From NCBI GenBank assembly GCA_026414725.1, contig JAOAIL010000001.1, forward strand, positions 136,249-200,248: a DNA stretch of 64,000 nt. The letters run 5' to 3'. This stretch comes from a bacterium (lineage in GTDB: Bacteria; Ratteibacteria; UBA8468; B48-G9; JAFGKM01). This document shows positions 56,912-64,000 of the stretch, one piece after another. The notes beneath the pieces were generated by a model. It had not been told where the DNA came from. It ran no database searches and saw nothing but the letters and a program-made list of their open reading frames with translations. The translations under genes and the position numbers were made by a program. Positions within the stretch are counted from its first letter, which is position 1; every line of letters begins with the position of its first letter.

Positions 56912-58485
56912 TATTCCTCCTCCCTATTTATTATCTCTCCGTTAAAAAAATCCACTATCTTTTTAATATCTCCGTTATCCAAAGGTGATTCCTCATTACT
57001 CTCACTTAGTAAACTTATCTTTATATCTTTTATTCCTGTTATCCTTGAAATAATATCCTCAATGGTTTTTATATTACGGGGTTTGTTTTCAATAAGTGAT
57101 TTGTGAAATTCATATTTTTTGGTAAATTTGATAAACAGAGTATGGTCTTTGAATTTTATCGGGGTGCCTTCTCTTAATGCTGCTTCCAGTGTAGGCCTTA
57201 CTTTTTTAATTTCTAACAAGATATTTCTCCATTGAGATAATATCTCTTCCTCACTCCTTACCATCTTTTCCTCTTTGACTGAATTATTAGAAATTGGTTT
57301 CTCTTCCTTATTGTCTGAAATAAAGATGTTTTCTTCCTTTACAATGGATTGTTCCTGAGATAATAACTCTGTATCTTTTTTCTCAAATTTATTATGAGAC
57401 AGAGGATTTTTTTTACCGAGTATATGAGTCAATTTTATAAGAAGTATTTCGGAGAGAACAACAGGGATATTCTCCATATGGAGACGGTTTTTATATTCAA
57501 TCGCAGTAGAGGTTGCATCTAAAAGTGTATCTGTATCAACCTCATTATAGGCAAGATAAAGCCCTTTATCTTCTTTTCCAGATAAAGATTCACCTATCCT
57601 TTCAAGTAAGATGTCCTTAAACTTTTTTATAATTCTTTCAAGTATAACAGCAGGGTCTTTACCTTCTGAAAGAAGGGTATGAAAAAGAGATAAAAGTTTT
57701 TTCACATCTTTTTCTCTCATCAGAATCAGTATTTCCTCTATACTTCTTTCTTCAACAAGTCCAAGAAACTCTCTTATACTATGGGAGGATATATTTTTGT
57801 CTTCAGCATTCACAATAAGCTGGTCAAGGATACTAAGAGCATCCCTCATAGAACCACCTGAAAACTCATAAATTTCTTTTAGGGCTTCCTTTTCTATTGC
57901 AAATCCTTCTTTTTCACATATATAATTTAACCGTTCTATAAGTTCTTCAAGGTTGAATGGTTTGAAATTAAACCTCTGACATCTGGATATAATTGTAGAA
58001 GGTACCTTCTCAGGAGTTGTAGTTGCAAGAAAAAATTTTATATATTCAGGAGGTTCTTCCAGTGTCTTCAAAAGTGCGTTCCATGCAGGTTCAGTGAGCA
58101 TATGAACCTCATCAATAATATATATTTTAAATCTTGCATTTGAAGGTGTGAGATTCACATTTTCCCGTAAACTCCTTATCTCATCTATCCCCCTGTTTGA
58201 AGCTGCATCTATCTCAAGAACATCCATAGAACTCCCTGCTGTGATGGTACGACATATTTCACACTTATCGCAGGGACTAATAGTAGGACCTTTTTCACAG
58301 TTCAGTGATTTAGCAAAAACCCGTGCTACAGATGTCTTCCCTGTACCTCTTGGACCTGTAAATAGATATGCATGGGCAGTCCTTTCTTCTTTTATGGCTT
58401 TTTTCAATGCGTCTGTAATGTGTTTCTGCCCCCATACCTCATCAAAATTTTTAGGTCTATACTTCCTTGCGAGAACAAGATACAT
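56911..58485 (-). CDS. dnaX: DNA polymerase III subunits gamma/tau
   Basis: KYRP..F.EV.GQ, Walker A GPRGTGKTS, zinc module C..C..C, SRC sensor motif. Confidence 0.85.
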   Translation of the reverse strand: MYLVLARKYRPKNFDEVWGQKHITDALKKAIKEERTAHAYLFTGPRGTGKTSVARVFAKSLNCEKGPTISPCDKCEICRTITAGSSMDVLEIDAASNRGIDEIRSLRENVNLTPSNARFKIYIIDEVHMLTEPAWNALLKTLEEPPEYIKFFLATTTPEKVPSTIISRCQRFNFKPFNLEELIERLNYICEKEGFAIEKEALKEIYEFSGGSMRDALSILDQLIVNAEDKNISSHSIREFLGLVEERSIEEILILMREKDVKKLLSLFHTLLSEGKDPAVILERIIKKFKDILLERIGESLSGKEDKGLYLAYNEVDTDTLLDATSTAIEYKNRLHMENIPVVLSEILLIKLTHILGKKNPLSHNKFEKKDTELLSQEQSIVKEENIFISDNKEEKPISNNSVKEEKMVRSEEEILSQWRNILLEIKKVRPTLEAALREGTPIKFKDHTLFIKFTKKYEFHKSLIENKPRNIKTIEDIISRITGIKDIKISLLSESNEESPLDNGDIKKIVDFFNGEIINREEE

Positions 58486-58524
58486 ATTAACCTCTACATA
58501 AAAAAGTAAAATGTTAATTTTTAC

Positions 58525-59559
58525 TTATATACTTCCTAAATACCTTAAAAGGTCAAGGAAAAATATTATAATCGCCAGTACTCCAGAGACAAGTCCCTGG
58601 ATAAACAACAGTAGTTTCACATCTGGTCTATATATCTTATGGGGAACCACGGCATAATCAAGAACCTGAACAACAGGAGTATCACGTGCCTCATTAATCT
58701 TCGCCTCTTCTAATTTTGCTGTAAGGAATTTATAGACCTCTTCCTGTGTTTTAAGTTCCCTTAAGAGTCGTGTCAGTTCATCTTCTGAATACAACAATTT
58801 TGAGAGGGTGCTTTCAAGATTCTGTATCTCTTTCTTTAAAAGGACCATCTCAAGACAATCATCTTTAAGTATCTCTTTCTTTCTCTGAAGTTCAAGCTTT
58901 TTACTGACAAGTTCTTCCATAATTTTACCTGCCATCTGGGTTACCTGATTCAGTTCCTTATCCGCTACAAGTTTCTCTCTGTCTTTTATACCTGCAAGTT
59001 TTTCTTCAAGTATTTTTATATTGTTTTCTGTTTCTTTTAACCGGCTTTCTATGAAAATTCTGTCCTGTTTTGCAGTAGTAATACTGATTGCTTTTATTGT
59101 TTCATCTAACCTCTGGATGAAAAAATTTGCTATATCAGCAGCTCTTTCTGGCTTTCTATCTACAACGGTTATTTCAATTACCTTTTCTTTTGTAAGAGAA
59201 ATACTTGTAAGTTTATCAAACTTCTCTCTCGCACGGTCAATACTACTAACATTATAGGCATCAGTAAGATTGAATTTTTCTATAATAGCATCCTTCATAC
59301 TCCTGCTATTAAGAATTGAAAAGAAAAGTTCAGTATTTGTCCTCAACTGTGATAACATCTTTTCAGAAATTTCAGAACTGCCTGTTTCTATCTTTAATTC
59401 TCTTTCAGGTGGCTGAAGAATACTCGCATTTGCTTTATAATACTTAGGGTAAATCCAGTATATAAAAGACACCAGCATAAATGTAATAACATAAAAAGCA
59501 AGCACAAACTTTATATGTACAAGTGGACTTTTCCTCTTTTTATTATTTGTTTTTTCCAT
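58525..59559 (-). CDS. polysaccharide co-polymerase (Wzz/chain-length-determinant-like)
   Basis: N- and C-terminal TM helices flanking a long coiled-coil periplasmic region. Adjacent to an export protein. Confidence 0.45.
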   Translation of the reverse strand: MEKTNNKKRKSPLVHIKFVLAFYVITFMLVSFIYWIYPKYYKANASILQPPERELKIETGSSEISEKMLSQLRTNTELFFSILNSRSMKDAIIEKFNLTDAYNVSSIDRAREKFDKLTSISLTKEKVIEITVVDRKPERAADIANFFIQRLDETIKAISITTAKQDRIFIESRLKETENNIKILEEKLAGIKDREKLVADKELNQVTQMAGKIMEELVSKKLELQRKKEILKDDCLEMVLLKKEIQNLESTLSKLLYSEDELTRLLRELKTQEEVYKFLTAKLEEAKINEARDTPVVQVLDYAVVPHKIYRPDVKLLLFIQGLVSGVLAIIIFFLDLLRYLGSI

Positions 59560-59587
59560 CTTTATCTACAATCTTGCCATCTGCTGG

Positions 59588-61438
59588 TTAATACACAGAA
59601 AGTCCTAAACTTAAATGATAGAACATCTGGATAATATCTCTTAAAACAGTCCTTTTTCGTTCTTTTACCTCAAACGGTATTACTATCGTATCTCCTGGCT
59701 CTATATTTGAAGTGTTATAACTCGCTGTACCATTTACCTTTGCTATGAATATACCATTCCTGTCAGCATTCTTTGTATACCCACCTGCCTGATGAATATA
59801 ATTATCCAATTTATATCTCTTATTAAAGAGCACATTTGTAGGAAGATTTACCTCTCCTATTACCGCTACGGATACAGGTGCAACAGGTACATATATAAAA
59901 TCACCATCCTCCAATGTAATATCATATTCGCTTTTCCCTTCAAGCAGTGCCTTTTCATCCTTAATGTCTAAAGGTATCCTTCCCTTAACTTCCATATTTT
60001 TCATTTCTTGAAGGTATAACTGTACCTGTTCAATAAGCTGTTTATCATATGAACTTTCAGCCCTTTCATATTCTTTTCTTAACATCTCTTCTTTCTCTTT
60101 TATAAATGAGGCAACCTGTCTTTCTTTCTCTGCTCTTATGGTTTCACGTAGAAATACAATACCTGGTAGATAAGCATACTTTGTAAACCCACCTACTCTT
60201 TTTATAAGGTCACTGAACCTATCACCCCTCATAATAACATATTCTCCAGGATATTTTACCTGACCATATATGGTAATTTTCTTCTCTATCCGCTCCTGTG
60301 AATAGATGAGAATTTTATCCATAGGAAATAGATTAATATCATATTCTTTTTCACCTTTAAAAATCTTTTCAGGATAAATAGATATAACCTTCTTTGAACC
60401 ATCCTCTTCAGTCCTTACAATTTCTGCTTTTTCTTTCAGTGCATATGGTAAAAATTCATCTTCTTTTAATATATCACTCACCTTCATCCCACTTTTCCAT
60501 CCATAATTACCTGGTCGTTTTATAGCCCCTTGAAGAGCAACAATATAAAAAAGATTATCAGGAAGAGAAGGAAGGATAACGAGGTCATGACTTTCTAATG
60601 TAAAAGTTCCTATACTTGACGGGTCAACATCTATAAGAACCCTACCTTTTTCTTTATCTATCCTTTCAACCTGTAGCCGTGAAAAATCAGCATTAGGAAG
60701 TACTCCACCTGCCAGTTTAATAATCTCTTCTATTGTTGAAACTTCCTTAAACTCATAAATAGCCGGTCTTTTTACTGCTCCCGTTATACCAGCAAGTGAT
60801 TCTGCGAGAGGAACAAAAATGATATCCCCTTGAGAAAACTGTATGTCAGGGGGGTTTTCTCCTGATATAAAAAGTGGATAAAGGTCATATTCAAGAGAAG
60901 TACCATCCTTCCTTTTTATTACCCTTATCTTTCTTAAACTTCCATTATCTTTTGGGCCTCCTGCTAATGCAAGTAATTCAAAAATACTGGTTATGGGGGT
61001 AATTATATAACTGCCTGGTTTTTCTACCTCTCCTAAAACAAAAACCTCCTGTTTTCTTATAGCCCCTGTAGTAACAGAGACAAAAACGTTTTTATATCTT
61101 TCCGAGATTTTTCTCTGGATGATGTTTTTTGCTTCTCCTAAAGTCTTTCCATCAATGTATATCTTGCCTATTCCTGGAATGAATATAGACCCTTCATTAT
61201 CAATCCGTTTTCTATATTCCTCCTCTACAGCACCCCATATAGTAATTACTAACTCATCATCCAGCCCAAGGATATAACTTTCTGGAATATAGAATCCCGT
61301 CTGTTTTATATCCCCCTGTATAGAAGAGAAAACTTTTACACTGAAAAAATCCAGGTCTCTATATTGAGGGATTGTATTATCCTGTCCCTGTATAAGAGAT
61401 ATGAAAAATATATTTAAAAATAATATGATTTTTTTCAC
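59588..61438 (-). CDS. polysaccharide export protein (Wza-like Poly_export + SLBB repeats)
   Basis: Signal peptide. Y.L..GD.I.V Poly_export-like block followed by several SLBB-like repeats (G.V..PG.Y). Confidence 0.5.
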   Translation of the reverse strand: MKKIILFLNIFFISLIQGQDNTIPQYRDLDFFSVKVFSSIQGDIKQTGFYIPESYILGLDDELVITIWGAVEEEYRKRIDNEGSIFIPGIGKIYIDGKTLGEAKNIIQRKISERYKNVFVSVTTGAIRKQEVFVLGEVEKPGSYIITPITSIFELLALAGGPKDNGSLRKIRVIKRKDGTSLEYDLYPLFISGENPPDIQFSQGDIIFVPLAESLAGITGAVKRPAIYEFKEVSTIEEIIKLAGGVLPNADFSRLQVERIDKEKGRVLIDVDPSSIGTFTLESHDLVILPSLPDNLFYIVALQGAIKRPGNYGWKSGMKVSDILKEDEFLPYALKEKAEIVRTEEDGSKKVISIYPEKIFKGEKEYDINLFPMDKILIYSQERIEKKITIYGQVKYPGEYVIMRGDRFSDLIKRVGGFTKYAYLPGIVFLRETIRAEKERQVASFIKEKEEMLRKEYERAESSYDKQLIEQVQLYLQEMKNMEVKGRIPLDIKDEKALLEGKSEYDITLEDGDFIYVPVAPVSVAVIGEVNLPTNVLFNKRYKLDNYIHQAGGYTKNADRNGIFIAKVNGTASYNTSNIEPGDTIVIPFEVKERKRTVLRDIIQMFYHLSLGLSVY

Positions 61439-61546
61439 CTTTTTAACTCCAGATACTTCATCTTTCTTACTCTATCACTTAAAAAAAATAAGTCAAGTAT
61501 GACTTAAAAAAGAAAAAATGAGGGGTCAAACCAATCAGGTTTATAT

Positions 61547-61618
61547 TGGGCGCACGTGGATTCGAACCACGAACCCCCGCGTTATCAGCACGGTGCTCTG
61601 CCCTTGAGCTATGCGCCC
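61547..61618 (-). tRNA. tRNA-Ile (anticodon GAU), no encoded CCA
   Basis: Hand-folded on the minus strand: acceptor GGGCGCA/TGCGCCC + A73. Anticodon stem CCGTG/CGCGG, loop CU-GAU-AA. T-arm CGTGG-TTCGAAT-CCACG. An extra genomic G lies at -1. Confidence 0.65.
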
Positions 61619-61681
61619 CTTCTGTTAACATAAAAACATAGATCCTGAAATTTTAAATATAAAAGATATACTTTTTATCTA

Positions 61682-62359
61682 TTATTCCTTTGGTGTTACA
61701 TCATCTTTTCTATTCAAAAAATCTTCAAGATACTTCTTTATAATATCTTTTGCACCCAAAGCAAAAGCGAGTGCAAGTCCAAAAGCAACTGCTGCAAGAA
61801 CAATAATAAATACGTTCCCTATAAACTCTGCTGCTATCCCTAACTGCTGGAGTGCTATTACAGTACCAAACACAACAATGGCAACCTGTGTAAGTTTACC
61901 CAGTACAGCTGCTTTTTGAATACCGATATTTCCTGCTGATGTACGAACAATTCCGCTGAAGAAGTTACCGAGAAATATAGAAAATAGAAATATAAGAAGC
62001 CCTAAAATGAATTTAGGAATAAAAGCCAGCAGTCCATCTACCACAGAACTCGGTATGTCTATACCGGCAAAACTTACCGCAATAAATATAACCACAAGCA
62101 TCGTAATCCAATACACAGCAATCCCTATAAGTTCTGAGACCTCTTTTGTTATATTACCTTTCTCTAACATTGTCTTTAATCCTGCATCTTCTGAAAGTTT
62201 ATCTACCTGCAGAAATTTAAATAAATTTGTAACAAGCAACTTTATAAATTTCGCTACTATCCAGCCAATAATAAACACAACGAGCGCACCTAATACAATA
62301 GAAACACCATTCCAGAATCTCTGTGCTACCTCTGTGACGGGTGCAAATCCGCCTCGCAT
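61682..62359 (-). CDS. membrane protein with conserved TM-helix repeats (mechanosensitive-channel-like)
   Basis: Four repeated hydrophobic helix units. AAGGAGG RBS 5 nt before ATG 62359. Confidence 0.45.
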   Translation of the reverse strand: MRGGFAPVTEVAQRFWNGVSIVLGALVVFIIGWIVAKFIKLLVTNLFKFLQVDKLSEDAGLKTMLEKGNITKEVSELIGIAVYWITMLVVIFIAVSFAGIDIPSSVVDGLLAFIPKFILGLLIFLFSIFLGNFFSGIVRTSAGNIGIQKAAVLGKLTQVAIVVFGTVIALQQLGIAAEFIGNVFIIVLAAVAFGLALAFALGAKDIIKKYLEDFLNRKDDVTPKE

Positions 62360-62669
62360 CTTTCCCTCCTTTGCTCCATTTAAGAGCACAACCATCTACT
62401 CTGTTTATTTTACCACTTTTCCCATACAAGAATCAACCTCAACTGTCTATTATAACAAAAAGTTTCTTTTTACCTCTTACTTGTTCTAATAAGATATAAA
62501 GAAGTTTTCTTTTTTATTGTACTTTTACATATCTTTGAGTTGCTTATTTGAAATATAAAAAGTATACTATCTATCAGAGGCAGAGGGGGAATCTAATCAG
62601 CAAAGTAGTCCATACCCTACGATAAAAGTAAATTAGAGCCTGTAATTTCTGATTTCAGGGAGGTTCTAA

Positions 62670-63155
62670 TTGAATATGCAATATAAAAAACCGTTAAAAT
62701 TTGTAGTATCTATAAGTATTTCTCTGATAGCAGGGATGATTGGGTCTATATTTACTTCTACATCTGTAGACACCTGGTACAGGACTCTCAAAAAACCAAT
62801 TTTTAATCCCCCTGATTGGGTCTTTGCGCCTGTCTGGACTTTTCTGTATATCATTATAGGATTTTCTCTTTTTCTTGTCTGTAGTGATGAAGGAACCAGT
62901 TATAAAACAAAGAATACATCATTAACCTTTTTCTCATTACAACTTTTATTTAATATTCTCTGGTCTCTTTTATTTTTTGGTATGAAAAATCCACTACTGG
63001 CTTTTGTTGATATAATACTTCTCTGGAGCTCAATTATTCTTACTATGATATTCTTCAAAAAAATCTCCTTAATTGCATTTGTTCTTTTCATTCCATATAT
63101 TTTATGGGTAACATTTGCTATTTTTTTAAATTATGCAATTCTTGTTATGAACTAA
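62670..63155 (+). CDS. tspO: TspO/MBR family tryptophan-rich sensory protein
   Basis: 161 aa, 5 TM. W-rich motifs ...PPDWVFAPVWT.LY.... Confidence 0.7.
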   Translation: MNMQYKKPLKFVVSISISLIAGMIGSIFTSTSVDTWYRTLKKPIFNPPDWVFAPVWTFLYIIIGFSLFLVCSDEGTSYKTKNTSLTFFSLQLLFNILWSLLFFGMKNPLLAFVDIILLWSSIILTMIFFKKISLIAFVLFIPYILWVTFAIFLNYAILVMN

Positions 63156-63165
63156 GGACGAAATA

Positions 63166-63783
63166 ATGAAAGTTTGCAATGTTGTACTTATAATTTTACT
63201 TCTTGTCTTTAACTGTCTATCTCAGAATACAAAACTTGTTAATGTAAAGAATGTTATCCCTGATATTGTCTTGGACATAAGATATGCTACATCAAAAAAT
63301 TTTACAGGAAAGGTTCTATATCCTTCTGCTGACTGTTTTTTAGCAGAAGAGGTTGCAGTTGCACTAAAAAAAGTTCAGGAAGACCTGAAAGAACAGGGAT
63401 ATTGCCTGAAAATCTTTGATGGATACAGACCTGTCTGTGTTCAAAAAGAGATGTGGAAGGCATTTCCAGATAGAAGGTATGTGACAAATCCTGAAAAAGG
63501 TTCCATTCATAACAAAGGATATGCTGTGGACGTTTCAATTGTATCTCTTAATGGCTCTTCAGTTTTGATGCCTACGGACTTTGATGAGTTTACTGCAGAG
63601 GCACATAGTGATTATAAAAACCTCCCACCAGATGCAATTAAACACAGAGATATTCTGAAAAAGACAATGATGAAACATGGCTTTCTTCCAATAAAGACAG
63701 AGTGGTGGCACTTTAATTATAAGGGATATAAAGACAAACCAGTTTTAGATATTTCTTTTGAGGTATTACGTAATAAAAAATAG
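63166..63783 (+). CDS. D-alanyl-D-alanine dipeptidase (peptidase M15D, VanX/DdpX-like)
   Basis: LDIRYAT..NF.G...Y ... DGYRP ... S.HN.GYAVD ... WWHF motifs. Confidence 0.7.
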   Translation: MKVCNVVLIILLLVFNCLSQNTKLVNVKNVIPDIVLDIRYATSKNFTGKVLYPSADCFLAEEVAVALKKVQEDLKEQGYCLKIFDGYRPVCVQKEMWKAFPDRRYVTNPEKGSIHNKGYAVDVSIVSLNGSSVLMPTDFDEFTAEAHSDYKNLPPDAIKHRDILKKTMMKHGFLPIKTEWWHFNYKGYKDKPVLDISFEVLRNKK

Positions 63784-63790
63784 AAGAATT

Positions 63791-64000
63791 CTATGGTAGT
63801 AATCCTTCTATAGCAAAGACAGTTCCTTCAGGCGCAACAGAAATTCCTGTTTCTTTTACTAAAACATCCTCTTTCAGAACATTCATATTTGCATCAAGGT
63901 AAATAATCTTTATATCTTTTATCACATAACCATATCCCTGGTTCTGATTTGTAAATACAGTCCCTCCTGTTATATTCGGAAATATAATAATGGTTTTTTC
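63791..64000 (-). CDS. 3' end of a minus-strand gene continuing beyond the window (hypothetical)
   Basis: Open minus-strand frame (...TGISVAPEGTVFAIEGLLP*) with stop at 63791-63793. No product assignable. Confidence 0.25.
   Translation of the reverse strand, partial: EKTIIIFPNITGGTVFTNQNQGYGYVIKDIKIIYLDANMNVLKEDVLVKETGISVAPEGTVFAIEGLLP

Noticed and set aside
62396-62669. Possible riboswitch/structured leader upstream of tspO
   Set aside because: Some short stems are visible, but nothing matches a riboswitch consensus I can recall. Insufficient evidence.
1-64000. CRISPR arrays, rRNA genes, IS/transposase, integrase or phage structural genes
   Set aside because: No regularly spaced short direct repeats, no rRNA-like sequence, and no translation in the ORF track resembling transposases, integrases or capsid/terminase proteins. 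The tRNA-associated duplications are reported as findings but have no linked mobility gene in the window.

Overview
This 64-kb window is AT-rich and gene-dense. It looks like a bacterial chromosome region from an anaerobe, possibly thermophilic, judging by Lys/Glu/Ile-rich proteins, strong GGAGG ribosome-binding sites and frequent ATGA stop/start overlaps. All product calls come from reading the supplied translations against remembered family signatures; no searches were run.

The left third carries housekeeping and sugar-metabolism genes: ispH(partial)-rpsA-nagB-pta-coaC, an aminotransferase/M20 peptidase pair, a YHS micro-ORF coupled to a DnaQ-like exonuclease, cspA, a TPR/OMP/ExbB/ExbD/TonB operon, tRNA-Gln, a DppA-like peptidase, an alpha/beta hydrolase, hxlB, araD-araB, yggS and a sugar-phosphate isomerase.

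The middle carries two tRNA loci, Ser(CGA) and Arg(CCU), each with a nearby partial duplicate, bracketing a single deoxyhypusine-synthase-like gene. Next come an LplA-like ligase, an LbH-transferase/ACP/ackA operon, mgtA, acpS, and a GH130/SGNH-esterase operon that unexpectedly also encodes V-type ATPase subunits F and A. A 59-bp promoter-like repeat sits upstream of both the GH130 and the SGNH gene.

The most notable feature is a contiguous minus-strand block of about 19 kb (34613..53347). It holds hydrogenase maturation genes: hypF, a cysteine-poor hypA, and a fused hypB::hycI, with an unrelated AAA ATPase and a small protein inserted among them. Next to these is an operon of about 18 genes for a complex-I-like, Mrp-antiporter-linked group-4 membrane-bound [NiFe] hydrogenase. 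That hydrogenase has three NuoL/M/N-type subunits, one of them frameshifted. Its operon is headed by sulfhydrogenase beta/gamma-like (AsrA/AsrB-like) FAD/NAD(P)- and FeS-binding subunits plus a polyferredoxin, which suggests an NAD(P)H-coupled, ion-translocating hydrogenase. A perfect CRP-type palindrome abuts the first start codon.

The right end has a class-I aminotransferase, an lpxL-like acyltransferase, recR-ybaB-dnaX, Wzz/Wza-like polysaccharide export genes, a lone tRNA-Ile(GAU), a TM-repeat protein, tspO and a VanX-type dipeptidase. I saw no CRISPR arrays, rRNA genes, transposases or phage genes.
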